From the human T2T-CHM13v2.0 reference genome, Homo sapiens, in assembly GCF_009914755.1 (NCBI RefSeq), contig NC_060934.1: a stretch of 64,000 nucleotides of DNA; one strand, 5' to 3'. Positions 15,139 to 29,351 of the stretch are shown here, piece by piece; the first letter of the stretch is position 1; each line of letters begins with the position of its first letter. The notes under the pieces are model-generated. The model worked only from the letters and a program-made list of their open reading frames with translations. It had not been told where the DNA came from and searched no databases. A program made the position numbers and the translations under genes.

Positions 15139-16379
15139 TTTATAGCCACTGGGCTGGATTTCATATACAGAGTTCTTGCCCTTGGGAGTTTTACAACTGC
15201 TTAACACTTTGTCTATGCTAGAATACAAAAAGAGAAATAGAAATGAATACATTATAAAATAAAAACAACCCAGAAACTCAAAAGATGACCCATTAACCAC
15301 ATGTAGAATTCACTCAGGATTTGCGAAGGGGAAGGTAACCATTTTCTTTGCCTGTCTCCTGCTCCTCCTCTTCCACCCTGGCTCATGTGGTTTTCGTTTT
15401 CATCTGAGAGAATCACCTCCAGTCCCATTGAGGCCTCTCAGACCAGTTGTTTATCTGACTTTTGCCCTTAAAGCTGCTTCTCATAATTTTGCATTACACT
15501 TATGTAAAATGTGCACACTTCATTGATATGCTATTCACTTAAGGAATAAGAATAAGTTATCATAAGGTCCGATTTCTTTCCCAACCAGGTAGTTTATGAA
15601 GATCAAACAACCTGCTTGCCCTTCTTCTGCTACTAGAGCTGGTGATGTTCTGATAATTAAACATTTTGGCATTTAAATTACCAACTGTTGCCTAATTAAG
15701 ACATCATTTCTACAAAATTAATGCAGGATTTTTTGATTGCACGTATTATATGAGAATAAATACTCATGAATCTTATCACGCCTCAGAAAGGACCTTTGAA
15801 GCTTGAGTCACCACCAAGTATAAAAAGGATCAATAGTTTGCTAGTAATTGTAAATTTTAAGTATATATTTGGTCTGAAAGTATCACTAAATTCTTATGGG
15901 GAAAAAGTGAAGTTGTAAAAATCTATAAATCATTCAACTTCATATAGTAGCCAAATATGAAAAGATGATAGGATACTAAATTAGCAGTATATATTAATAC
16001 AATAAATACTAGTTAAGTATTTTAGATTTCTTTAACACCTTTATGTGTTCATGATATGAAATGGGTTAATTTGAGTATTTTTTATTAATCTGGCTCACCT
16101 GTTCTAATTTTATGTTAACTTCAAATCTTGATATTTCTTGGGTCAAGAGCATCTGGTTATTTAACTTTTTGCCACATTTTCCTAGATGGTTAGAGAATTA
16201 TTATGTTTAAAGTCTTCAAGATACATCACAAATGAGAAAAGATATAGACGTAAAAATAGGAAATTTATCACACTTCTTGGAATTTCAATTTGGCCACATT
16301 ATTTTTCTATGTCCCACTTAAAGGAACTTTAATGATTATTTCCAAAGGCACATAGCCAGTGAGATTTCATGTGCCTACT

Positions 16380-16780
16380 TAATTATCTGATTATTTTCAT
16401 CAATCCACAAAGGATTTTGAAAAGCACACAATAAGATTGAAGTACAAATAGATGCAATATGAGAATTAGAGAAAATATGGAGAACAGAAGATCAAGGAGG
16501 GCCTGGGAGATGAATGGTGGGAAGTGGCATTTGGAATGACAACTTATGAGCCACCTCTTTTAAACAATCAGTTAGTCAAGTTGAGATTTTGGTTCTGAAC
16601 TTCTTGAAGACTAAAGCAAAAGAGAAACCAACAGTTACAGGATTCTCAATGTCCATTATGAAAATGTATGCCATTTCTTTAAAAGGAACAAAATTTTTCC
16701 TCAACTTTAGGTGAGGAAAAAGAGCAAACACTGTGCAGTATTTCTTCAGGATGAAGTGTAGTGGTCAAAGTTTTTATCAA
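16380..16780 (-). mobile_element. Ancient LINE relic (L4/RTE-X-like)
   Basis: tctgaacttcttgaagactaaagcaaaagagaaac...aggaacaaaatttttcct resembles my recollection of L4; very degenerate. Confidence 0.4.
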
Positions 16781-16838
16781 CATCCACATAGTTTTGGAAA
16801 TAATGGGTGCCTTATGGTTTTCTGTGTTCAGGTTTCTT

Positions 16839-17220
16839 TTTTATTTATTTATTTATTATTCAATAGGTTTTGGGGGAGTAGGTGGTATTTGGTTACATGC
16901 ATAAGTTCTTTAGTGGTGATTTCTGAGATTTTGGTGTACCCATCACCCAAGCAGTGTACATTGTACCCAATGTGTAGGTTTTTATCTCTCACCCCCGCCT
17001 ACCCTTTGCCCAGAGCCCCCAAAGTCCGTTGTATCCTTTTTATGCGTTTGTTTCCTCATAGCTTAGCTCCCACTTATGAGTGGGAGCCTACGGTGTTTGG
17101 TTTTCCATTCCTGAGTTACTTCATTTAGAATAATAGTCTCCAATCCCATCCAGGTTGCTGCAAATGCCATTATTTCATTCCTTTTTATGGCTGAGTAGTA
17201 TCCCATGGTATATATGTGTG

Positions 17221-17252
<32 letters not shown>

Positions 17253-20200
17253 TCATACATATATATATACACATATATATATAAAACAATTTATTTATAT
17301 ACTCATTAATTGATGGACATTTGGGCTGGCTCTATATTTTTGCAATTGCAAATTGTGCTGCTATAAACATGTGTGTGCCAGTATCTTTTTCATATAAAGA
17401 CTTCTTTTCCTCTGGGTAGACACCTAGTAATGGGATTGCTGGATCAAATGGTAGATCTACTTTTATTTCTTCAAGGAATCTCTACACTGTTTTCCATAGT
17501 GGTTATACTAGTTTACATTCCCACCAGCAGTGTAAAAGTGTTCCCTTTTTACCACCTCCCTGCCAACATCTTTTATTTTTTGGTTTTTTGATTATGGCCA
17601 TTCTTGCAGGAGTGAGGTGGTATTGCCTTGTGGTTTTGATTTGCATTTCCCTGATAATTGGTGATGTTGAGCATTTTTCCATAAGCTTGTTTGCCATTTG
17701 TATATCTTCTTTTGAGAATTGTCTATTCGTGTCCTTAGCCTACTTTTTGATGGGATCATTTGTTTTTTTCTTGCTGATTTGTTTGAGTTCTTTGTAGATT
17801 CTGGATATTAATCCTTTGTCGGATGTATAGATTGTGAAGATTTTCTCTCACTCTGTGGGTTGTCGGTTAACTCTGCTGATTATTTCTTTTGCTGTGCAGA
17901 AGCTTTTTAGTTTATTTAAGTCCCACCTATTTATTTTGTTTTTGTTGCATTTGCTTTTGAGTTCTTGGTCGTGAAGTCTTTGCCTAAGCCAATGTCTGAA
18001 GGGTTTTTCGATGTTATCATCTAGAATTTTTATAGTTTCACGTCTTAGATTTAAGTCTTTGATCCACGTTGAGTTGATTTTTGTATAAGGTGAGAGATGA
18101 GGATCCAGTTTCATTCTTCTACATGTGGCTTTCCAATTATCCCAGCACCATTTGTTGAATAGGTTGTCCTTTCCCCACTTTATGTTTTTGTTTGCTTTGT
18201 TGAAGTCAGTTGGCTATAAGTATTTGGCTTTATTTCTGAGTTCTCTATTCTGTTCCATTGGCCTATCCTATTTTTACACCAGTACCATGCTGTTTGGGAG
18301 ACTATGGCCTTATATTATAGTTTGAAGTTCAGTAATGTGATGCCTCCAGATTTGTTCTTTTTGCTCAGTCTTGCTTTGGCTATGCAGTCTCTTTTCTGGT
18401 TCTATATGAATTTTAGGATTTTTTTTTCTAGTTCTGTGAAAAATCATAGCAGTATTTTGATGGGAATTGCATTAAATTTGTAGATTGCTTTTGGCAGTAT
18501 GGTCATTTTCACAATATTGTTTCTAACCATCCATGAGCATGGGATGTGTTTGCATTTGTTTGTGTCATCTATGATTTCTTTCTGCAGTGTTTTGTAGTTT
18601 TCCTTGTAGAGGTCTTTGACCTCCTTGGTAAGGTACATTCCTAAGTATTTTATTTTATTTTATTTTATTGCAGCTATTGTAAAAGGGAATGAGTTCTTGA
18701 TTTGATTCTCAGCTTGGTTGCTGTTGGTTTATAGCAGAGCTACTGATTTGTATACATTAATTTTGTGTCCTGAAACTTTGCTGAATTCGTTTACCAGTTC
18801 TAGGAGCTTTTTGGAAGAGCTTTTAGGGTTTTCTAGGTATACGATCATATCACCAGCAAACAGCAACAGTTTGACTTCCTCTTTACCAATTGGGATGCCC
18901 TTGATTTCTTTCTCTTGTCTGATTGTCTGGCTAGGACTTCTAGTACTGTGTTGAAAAGAAGTGGTGAAAGTTGGCATCCTTGTCTGTTCTAGTTCTCAGG
19001 GAGAATGCTTTCAACTTTTCCCTGTTCAGTACAATGTTTGCTGTGGATTTGTCATAGATATTTTTTATTCCCTTAAGGTATGTCCCTTCTATGCTGATTT
19101 TGCTGAGGGTTTTAATCATAAAAGAATGCTGGATTTTGTCAAATGCTTTTTTCTACATCTATTGAGATGATCACATCATTTTTAATTCTGTTTATGTGCT
19201 GTATCACATTTATTGACTTACATATGTTAAACCATCCCTGCATCCCTGGTAGGAAACCCACTTGATCATGTCAGATTATCTTTTTGATATGCTGTGGGAT
19301 TGAGTTAGCTAATATTTTGTTGAGGATTTTTGCATCTGTGTTCATCAGGGATATTCGTCTGTAGGTTCTTTTTTTTTGTTAAGTCCTTTTCTGGTTTTGG
19401 TATTAGGGTGATACTGGCTTCATCGAATGATTTAGGGAGGATTCCCTCTTTCTTTATCCTGTGGAATAGTGTCAATAGCATTGGTACCAATTCTTCTTTG
19501 AATGTCTCATAGAATTCAGCTGTGAGTCTGTGTGGTCCTGGACTTTTTTTGTTGGCTTTTTTTTTTTTAATTACCATTTCAATCTCACTTGTTACTGGTC
19601 TGTTCAGAGTTTCTACATCTTCCTGGTTTAATCTGGGAGGGTTGTATATTTCCAGGAATTTATCCATCTCCTCTAGGTTTTTCTAGTTTATGTGCGTAAA
19701 GGTGCTCACAGTACCCTTGAATAATCTTTTGTATTTCTGTGGTATCAGTTGTAATATCCCCCATTTCGTTTCTAATTGAGCTTATTTGGATTTTTTTTCT
19801 TTTGCTGGTTAATCTTGCTAATGGTCTATCAATTTTATTCATCTTTTCAATGAACCAGTTTCTTTTGTTTCATTTATCTTTTATATTTTTGTTTGTTTGT
19901 TTCACTTTCATTTAGTTCTGCTCTCATCTTCATTATTTTTTTTTTTTTTCTGGTGGGTTTAGGTTTGGATTGTTCTTGTTTCTCCAGCTCCATGAGGTTT
20001 GAGCTTAAGATTGTCTATTTGTGCTCTTTCAGACTTTTTGATGTAGGCATGAATGCTATGAACTTTCCTTTTAGCACTGCTTTTTCTGTATCTCAGAGGT
20101 TTTGATAGGATGTGTCACTATTATCGTTCAGTTCAAATATTTTTTTAATTTTTGTCTTAATTTCATTGTTGACCCAATGATCATTCAGGATCAGTTTATT

Positions 20201-21016
20201 TAATTTCCATCTATTTGTGTGGTTTTGAGGGTTCCTTTTGGAGATGATTTCCAATTTTATTCCACTACGATCTGGGAGAGTACCTGATATAATTTTGATT
20301 TTCTTAAATTTACTGAGGCTTGTTTTGTGTCCTATCATATGGTCTGTCTTGGAGAATGTTCCATGTGCTGATGAATCTAATGCATATTCTGCAGTTGTCG
20401 GGTAGAATGTTCTGTAAATATTTGTTAAGTCCATTTGTTGTAGTGTATAGTTTAAGTCCCTTGTTTCTTTGTTGACTTTCTGTCTTGATGACCTGTCTAG
20501 TGCAGTCAGTGGAGCATTACGTCCCCCACTATTATTGTGTTGCTGTCTATCTCATTTCTCAGGTCTAGTAGTAATTACTACTAGATTATGGTTGCCTCTG
20601 CTGAGTCATACAGGTCACCAGGGAAGTGAGGGAACCCCAGCAGTCTCAGGCCTCACCCCACTCCCACACAGCCCACAGTCCCAAAAGCTGGTCTCACTCC
20701 CACCATGCCCCAACCCCTGCCCACCCCCAGCAACAGCATTGAGTCTGTTTCCAGGCAACTGGTGACCAGGGCTGAGAACTTCCCCAGACCACAAGCCTCC
20801 CTGCTGAGAAAGCAAGCAGACTCATAGTTTTTCAGTGTCTCATGAAGGCTGTAGCAGTGATCCAGTTCCTTCAAAGGGTCTGAGGATTCTCTTGGATTTC
20901 TTGGTATGTTCCTGTGGTAGTTCTTAGAGCAAAAGTTCATGATATGAGTTTTGACATGCTGCTCTGTCTGTCCAAGCAGGAGCTGCAAGTGGTCCTGCCT
21001 TCTATCCTCCATCTTC
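16839..21016 (-). mobile_element. L1PB1-like LINE-1 keeping its 5' end but internally deleted (rest of 5'UTR, ORF1 and ORF2 N-terminus missing)
   Basis: L1PB 3'UTR from 16839; many frameshifted ORF2 fragments 17063-20576; L1PBa-type 5'UTR 20584-21016; TSD ctgtgttcaggtttctt 16822-16838 / ctgtgttagggtttctt 21017-21033. Confidence 0.92.
17209..17283. repeat. (TG)n/(TA)n microsatellite inside the L1PB
   Basis: Direct reading. Confidence 0.95.
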
Positions 21017-22148
21017 CTGTGTTAGGGTTTCTTAGCATAAGCCAAGGATGTATGTTATTAGGAAAAAGATTTTAATAAGTAAGAATCCTAAATTTGAGAT
21101 GCCATCTTTGAAAGCTATAAACTACTACTTCTTGGGAAGTGAGACCCTCTTTAATCTCCACTTCACCTAGTGTCATGTAGAATAGGAACACCCTCCCTCC
21201 ACAATGTGTGCTAGCCTTTTATGTCATTGGACATCATTCCTGCAGAGTGCTCTTTGACCCACCGCATATGCACAGAAATACTCTGTGCTGCTCACCACTT
21301 TCAGGTTGATTTTAAGGTGTAGGCATAGGTAACACCCTAAATCTTAATGGGAAACAGAACCTCGTGTGCTCTGATTGGTTCACTGTAATTTTTTCCTTGT
21401 TGATAGATGAGCACAGTTTACTTTTCTCTTTGTTTATTTTAATTGGTGTATGAATGGGTTCTTGGATGATTTTGGCATAGCCATAGCCATGAATCCAAAA
21501 CGATAATCAGTGGACATAATTTAACTAGAGGCCAAAAGAAACATGGTCCAAACATCCAGCTCTCTGATGGTCTGGGTTTACTGAGATGTAAAACTTTTGG
21601 CAAAACTGATATTTTTAAGCCATTCTTTGTAAATATTATTTCTGCTAACTGGGTTTTTGATAGACTCTGGGAAATAAGCAATTAAAGGTTGTTTTGGGGT
21701 TCTCTTGTAAGAGACCCAAAGGAGGCATTCTGAGTAAGTGATCTTGGGGAGACTCACATACTTAAAAATCAATGGAGTGTGGGGAAAGGTGGCAGGACTG
21801 GTGATATTTTGCAAACATTGAGGGTCCCTATACTGAGTGCTTTTTGGATTTGCTTTTCTAATTCAACCAGTCAGCCATAGAAAATTCTCAATTGCACTCC
21901 CAATTATATTATGATTTAGAATAATTAGCTCCTTTTGAATACCCTAGAATGAATTCTTTAATTGCAAAAGGTACCCTGAAGTTACAAAATATTAGACTTT
22001 TTTCCTGGTGTCGTTGGATATAAGCCAAATTAATTTAGGGCATCTCTGCAAAATACCATGATTTTAGTTTTTGAGTAGAAGATTTTAAGACAGTCTTTCT
22101 GACAGTAGTTGGTAAGTTGGAATAACCATTTATTGAGGCTATTTCTAG

Positions 22149-23060
22149 TTCATTCATTTTTACAACAAAGATTTACTGTGAATCTGTTATATATCTGGGC
22201 CCTGTTCTAGTGTTGAAGAGATACAATAGTGGAAAAAAAAAAACAACTCAAATCTCTGCCTTGATGGGCCTTACATTCTAGTGATGTGAAACAGACACAA
22301 ACTAAAGTGAATGATAGGGCATGTTAGACAGTAATGAGTGGTATGGAGCAAAATAAAGAAGAGAGAGGGACTAAAGTGTGAGTGCATGTGTATATGTGTT
22401 CACGTGTGTGTGTGCATGTGTATGTGCACATGCGTGTGTGTTGTAAGATGTGTGTTATTATTATTCAGGCACAGGGTGGCCAGTGGATTAGGAAACAATT
22501 GGCACTGAGTGATAGTTTGTTACTCACAGATCCCAGGAGAAGGAGACATATCATGCCACAGTACGCAGGGCCACGTGGGGAAGCACCAGGGTCAGTCAGG
22601 AGGAAGATGAGCAAAAGGAAAATGTGGACAAGAGCTTGTATTATGGTTTATGCAGAAATAAACAGGTGAGGCAGGGGAAACAGATTCTGGATTGGCTAGT
22701 GTGAATACTTTTAGTGGATTCTGTGGCATAGGGACTGTCCTTAGTTGCCTGTTACATGACTCTGGGGAGATTAGGGCAGGTGGACAGTGATTGTGTGAGA
22801 GCCCCATAGGGGAGGTGGTTAGGGGTGTGGGTCATGGATTGGTTGGTTTGCATATCACAGGTGTGCTCATAGGCCAGGGGTTTTTACTATCTCTAGGAAG
22901 GGACTAATCCAGGAAGGGGCAGTTTCTCCTGAGTCAGAAGGCCCCAGCACCAAAAATACAGATAATAAAGACATACTTAATGCTGTGTACGTGTGTGTGT
23001 TGCTGCCCTTTTAAATGAGGTGGTCAGAGAAGATTTTCACATATAAAATGACATTTGGGC
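22149..23060 (-). mobile_element. L2a relic interrupted by a TG-rich repeat and MER74A
   Basis: ttcattcatt..caacaaagattt..ctgttctag..ttacattctag; resumes at ggtggtcagagaag..gacatttg near 23020. Confidence 0.7.
22451..22985 (-). mobile_element. MER74A solo LTR (ERVL)
   Basis: ttattattattcagg, tttgttactcacag, ggattggttggtttgcatat, tttactatctctagga match the MER74A reverse complement. Confidence 0.85.
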
Positions 23061-24965
23061 ATTATTGTTCCCCTAAAATCCTAAGCGTTACTCTTCTGTC
23101 TGCCTGGAGCCCGAATGTCTATGCCTCTCATTCTTCACCCTATGTTTGACAGTGAACAGACTGCACAGTCATGTGTGATAGCCTGTCTGTCACCTATTAG
23201 AGGGTTCTGATATTTTCTTTTCTATTTTTTTTCCCAAGCAAGGAAGCATGCATGCAACTGATCAATAATTAAAGTTGGTCAGCTTCAAAGAGATGGCAGT
23301 GTAACTCCTAGGAAGATTTATTGTGGCATGGTAATCATTTTTTTCCATGGAAATGTGTTCATTAAATTTCCCTTTGATTTTCAGGAAGTAGAATTTTATT
23401 TTCTTGAGCGCTAAGAGCCTGAAATTCTAGCCTTAAGATGATAGTGGTGACTCTCCATGATCATTTCCTTTAAGGATCTTGCTGTTTCTCGTTCCAATAA
23501 ACACTTTTAAAAAAGCTTAAGGTTTAACCACTTGTGTCTTATTATCCAGAAGTAACATTGACTATTCTGTTGTTTGTCCCAAGATGTTTCCATCCTTGTT
23601 TATGATGTCCTCACCCTCTCCCCACCTTCACAGTATGTAGGAAAATCAACAAGTTAGCACAGGAACACAGCGAAGGATAGTGTTCTGGGATCAACATTAT
23701 GAAAAGGCAAACTGAAGACAGACTCAGTCCATGATCTGCAAAACAAAGCAGAACAGCAAAATAACCACACCTAAGCAATAGCATTAAATATGATTAAGGA
23801 GGTCATGGAACATGAAAGCAATGGCAACATACCATACCTTATTATATTAGCTTTCCTAAATCTGTGGCTAAATCAGCAACATTGACATTTTTAGTAGAAA
23901 ATGCTTCAACAGAAAACAGGAAATCAACTTACTCCAGTGCTCTTCAAATGCTTTTCTTGTACATCACTTAAAAGATTGTGGAAACCTGTCTATTTCCTCG
24001 GTTATTTTACAGTTGACATAAAAGGGGTATCGGACTGGCTAATAACAGACTGTTCCCTCCTTGGCTCTAACTTTATTGCCATGAACCTCACGCACACACC
24101 TCTCATCTTCAGAAAGTCTGTCGGCAAAACAGACCCAGAATCTGACCAGTTTTCAGACCCTCACTGGTACCACATGGGCACCAGCTACTGAATCTCATGC
24201 TTCAAAATCTTTCATTATAAGATTTAATCGCTGTGTTACAAAAGAGTAATTTCTGACTATAAAAGCGGGATGTCACTCTTTAAAATGAAACAATTAAAAA
24301 ATAGTTTATAATTCACAACTATTTACTAAATATATATATGTAAAAAAGATCTTAAGAATTTTTAGATGGATGTTTTTATCATTAAAATTATGTTTTCATT
24401 GTTATTATACCACAAAATTTCTGTCAACATAATTTATTTTAAGTTTAAAAATCTTTCACTAATCAATTTCTTATCATTCTTTGAAATAAAACACATGTTT
24501 ATAAATTGAAATAGGACATTTTAAGAAGTTTTCTATGGCGGTAATCTGCAATATTTTGATCTATTTCTCTACATTGAGTGAGTTGGGATTACAATTGTTA
24601 GAAGTACCTAATTGATCAAAATATCACAAGTATTTTCTGTTTTCTGATAAGCAGTTATTAAACATAAAAGATAATGTACTGCTGAAAGTTTATATCTAAA
24701 AGAGAGGGATGGGGGTGGAAGTTAGGGTCACTGATTAAGAACATTCTTCTAACATAGGAGTTGAATTGTCCTTTGCTTGGAGCCCAGGAGATGTTAACAC
24801 TCCTAAAAAATGCACATATTAAGATTCTGACGAGTCAAAGGTATTCTCAGGGATCAGTTAGAAGACATAGTGAATGTAAGTTTAGGATCAAGATTGTGTT
24901 TGTATTTCTCAGTGGTGCTATGGCTTACCTGACAATATACCCTATGTATATTACCTCATTTATTC

Positions 24966-25015
24966 CACACAGCAGTTCTTGAGACTACATCACACAGCAG
25001 TTCTTGAGACTACAT
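24966..25015. repeat. Perfect 25-bp tandem duplication
   Basis: cacacagcagttcttgagactacat x2. Confidence 0.95.
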
Positions 25016-26519
25016 CAGGATACTGTCCATGGGTCTTTGTGTATTTCCAGGGAAGGGAGTTTCTAAAGAGAGGCCCCAGAAAGCTCTGTCCCTACAATGA
25101 GAAGGCGACCTTGCTTTTCTTTGCTGAGCATTGCTATATTAAGACCACCTAATTATCCTTAGTTTTGAGTTTTTGATCACCAAACAACTTTGATTATAAT
25201 TTGACCACCAAAATAAAGTTCCGTCCAAGGAACTTATACACTAGCAAAGTGGTCCTTATGACTGTTTCCTATGATGTGTGTTCATGAAAATGTCAGCATT
25301 CTGGTGTGTATATCAACCTCTCATGAATTTAGATAGTGTGAGTTACTACTCAGAAACCAAGTTTCTATGGGTAAGAACTGCAGCTGTGGACTTGTAAAGA
25401 AGGTGACTAGTCTCATAAAAGCTGAGAATCCCTGAATCAAAACCTCAGGGATGTTGGTAAATATTGTGTGACAATTTTACACCACACACTCACACACAGA
25501 TGAGATCGTGAAGCTAATCTCATTTCTTTGTTTAGATTCACATTTATCTAGCCCAAACTAGACTTTATTTTCATTTTGTAGAAAAACCAGAATTTATCCC
25601 GGAGACATACCACCTCAGCATTGCATTATCCAAATGCAAGTTAGCAAGAAGAAAGAGATTAATAAGGCTTTTAAAAGCCAGCATATATTTCACCAAAGTC
25701 ACAAATCAAACTTGACAACAGCTTGGCAAGAGATTAAGGAAATGATCGGATGACCACAGCAGAAGAGAAAAGGACCAACCAATCTATTTGCTCTTATTTA
25801 CTCTCTCAATTATTTTACTGTTCATTCTTGCATTCATTTATGTATTGAATGATTCATTTATTAGTGAATGCTTTTGAGGTTAAAGCAGTATTCAGTGTAG
25901 TAGGGATATCAAGAAGAATAAAACATGATCCCTACTTTGGAGAAGCTTGTTGTCTAATGCCTATACAGAATAGACACAGGTACATAGGTCATTACACAAA
26001 TGATGATGATGATCATGACAACAGCAACAGATGCTTTCGTAACACTTACTATAAGCCAGGCACTGTTCTAAGAGCCCCTAGATGTCAAATGCTGTAGGTA
26101 CTATAAAATGAGTGTATGTTCAATGTATTTCTAGAGAACTCATTAGGATGTCATCTTTAGTGCTGTTCATACTTGGGACCCCAAAATTCTACTTGCACGT
26201 ATTTTGGGAAATATTTAGTACAGAACATAAAATCAAAAATCCGTGTTTTGCCTGTGTTAATCTTTCACATACATTTTACAAAGCCTGAGTGGTCCAGGGT
26301 GATGTTATAATTTTTGAAGTCACCATTGTGTAACAGCAATATCATTGACATCCACGAACCCCAGGGACAGGACGTAACAGTGACTAGTAAATTGTACACT
26401 TTTATATATATATATATATATATATGTCTGCAAGTTCAGTGGATTTGTACTTGTAAACCTCTTTCATCTTTGGAAATTAAATGTTCATTGTCCAGGGAGT
26501 CAGGATGCTGCTGCTGTAC

Positions 26520-26690
26520 GATAATAATGATAATCAGAAGAACAACAACATTTTTGTGACATGTAGTATGTGTTTCTCGCATTTTTCTAAGGAGTTTAAA
26601 TGGATTATCTCATTTAATCTTCACAACTCAATAAAGTTGATACTACTATTATAATCACTATCCGGGCGGGGAAAATGAGTCACTGAGAGA
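26520..26690 (-). mobile_element. MIR relic
   Basis: attatctcatttaatcttcacaac...gggaaaatgagtcactgaga. Confidence 0.65.
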
Positions 26691-26958
26691 CTGTGGGATT
26701 ACGGATCTGGTGCCTTCTGTGAAATAATAAAGGACTGGGTCCTTCCACTAGAGCTCTGATAACTACCCTTTCCCTTTTGGTCACCTGAGACTTGGAGAGA
26801 CATCACTTTTTAAGTGGTTGCTTTTTTTTTTTTTTTTTTTTTTTGAAGTTCTTATTAGAAGAGGCACAGGAATGTTGAAGAGCTGCTTCAAAGGTGGAAG
26901 ATAGAACATTCCATGCCTATCCCCACCAGCTGCCACTATCTAAGAATAGCCTAGTTCA

Positions 26959-27266
26959 GGCCGGGTGCAGTGGCTCACACCTGTAATCCCAGCACTTTGG
27001 GAGGCCGAGGCAGGTGAATCATGAGGTCAGGCATCCGGGACCAGCCTAGTGAACATAGTGAAACCCTGTCTTCACTAAAAATACAAAAAATTAGCCTGGT
27101 GTGGTGGCAGGTGCCTGTAATCCCAGTTACTTGGGAGGCTGAGGCAGAGAATCGCTTGAACCTGGGAGGCAAAGGTTGCAGTGAGCTGAGATCATGCCAC
27201 TGCACTCCAGCTGAGGGGACAGTGTGAGACTGAGTCTCAGAAAACAAAAAACAAAACAAAACAAAA
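26959..27266 (+). mobile_element. AluS (Sg-like)
   Basis: Full dimer; TSD aagaatagcctagtt 26942-26956 / aagaatagcttagtt 27267-27281. Confidence 0.94.
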
Positions 27267-27799
27267 AAGAATAGCTTAGTTTATGCCTCATCTCGTTCTC
27301 AAAAGTTTGGACCTTCTCGGGGGTGTGACTTGCTCACCAGGAAATGGGCTGCAGGTATTACCTGGTGTTAACCTTCCTTGATCCAAGACCATATAATATT
27401 TGAAAGTGTGAGTACAGATTATCTAGTGTGTATGCTCAAAAACTAGGCCAGAAACATGAAAGGAATCATTGAGCGTGTTGATCATTCTGAGATAGTGCTA
27501 AAAACTGAAATGTGTCTGTGGAAGGGGATAAAAATCTAAAGTTTACCCTTCTAGGTATATTTTACCTACACATAACTTTAAATACTGAATGCCTCCTGTA
27601 AACATGTTCCAATTTGCTCTAGCATAATTTTAAATAAAACCTCCTTAGTTGTCTCATTCAAGTTCTCTAAGGTTACTGTTTTGCCATATAAAATTTCCCA
27701 TATACCTTACATTATATTTGCTTGTGATGGTAAAAAAGTAGGTATCAGCTTCAGTAGAGCCTTTGTCAAACATCCAAGCCATGAGAGGTGCTAGGCTTA

Positions 27800-27980
27800 T
27801 GGATTCACAGACAGAACTTAAGGGATCTTTGAAGTCATCTCGTTTCACCTTATAGTTGTGAAAACTGAAGACCCAGAGAAATGAAATAACCTCCCCATTG
27901 AAGCCAGAGCCTTTGGTGAGTGAGCCAGGTAGAACCCAGTACTCTTGTCTCTAGTTGAGAGCTTTTTCTACCATGCCAAG
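27800..27980 (-). mobile_element. MIR/MIR3 relic
   Basis: ttatagttgtgaaaactgaagacccagagaaatgaaataac...agaacccagtactcttg. Confidence 0.6.
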
Positions 27981-29351
27981 ACACATACAGTCTTTTCTAT
28001 TTTTAGTTCATTAAAAAAGAAAATTATTTTATCAATGAAAATATATTACAATTTTTCTGTGTTACAGATCAGTATTTAATTCTGTGCAAATATGGATAGT
28101 GAATAGATCGATACATATTTAAGAGTGTATGTTCTATGTAAGCAAATTGTTTCTCTTTCTCTGAAATGTCTGTCTGCTGTGTCTCAAAATATTTCCCTGA
28201 AGCTATTTCTTTTCTCTATATAGGCTCCACTCTATCTTGGCTTATTACTTGTGCCATTTTCTTTCGACTTAGTTTATTTTTCTCAAACTGATTCCACATG
28301 TTACTTTCAATCACAGCATCTCAAGACTTTGGACGAACAGCCCTGAAGCATTTTGCTTCTTTGGTATTCTAAAGGGAATTTAGTCTGAGTGTACAGAGCT
28401 ATTAGAGCTGAGCTGCTGAATGCTTTATCTTAGTGGGTTTTTTTTGCCTGTTTTTCTATAAGCCAGTTGATATTTTAAAAAGAAATACAAAAACTTGTTT
28501 TATTCTTTGTCTATGAATGCAGACTTTTATAAGCTTATCTTGAAATAAAATTCATCAAATGAAGAGGAATCAATCTGAGCTTTCCCATTTGAACATTCTG
28601 GTAAACTGTTTAACAAAATGGGCTAGAACTTAGCTATAACATGAAGAGAATGGGACTTTGGGAGGTGAATATACAAGCTAGTTATCAAACATCTCTTATG
28701 TAGGCTAGCAAATCCTGCCTTAATTACCTTATGATACATATGACTTTGATATCACTTTTTTCAGAATCAAATTTATCGGTCCTGGACAACAGGAGTAATG
28801 ATATTGGTAACATCTGTTGATACGAGATATTGGTGCCATCTATTTTCTTTATTCTTCCTTAAAGATCCTTATTTTACTTACTTTAAAAACGGTAATAATT
28901 AACATTAGGAATAACTTTGAAAACTGCCACAAATCCTTTTAGAAGTTAGTACTATATAAAGCCTATGAACATAAAAATTGATAAATGACAACAATTAAAT
29001 ATGATAAAATAAATTTATGACCTCACTAGCTCTTTCTCTAGCTAGACAGTGGATTTTTCTTCTGATTATCATCCAAAGATCTCATTATATTTTTTAAATT
29101 ACTGGCTATCCTAACTGTATAGTGCAGAAAACCAGGAGCTACTGGAGCTGTGTTAATCTGCACCTCTTTCCTAAGGCAGTTTAATTATGAAAAATACAGC
29201 TGAAAGACTGTTTTCTTAAGCTTTGACTCGAGAGCATGACTTTAGTAGGTTCTAGTGTCCTAGATCTCACAAGTTGTCAAAGTATCTGAATGTTTTTGAA
29301 TGCAGCTATACACAATGAATTGAATCCCCAGAAGAAATCTAGGAACATCAG

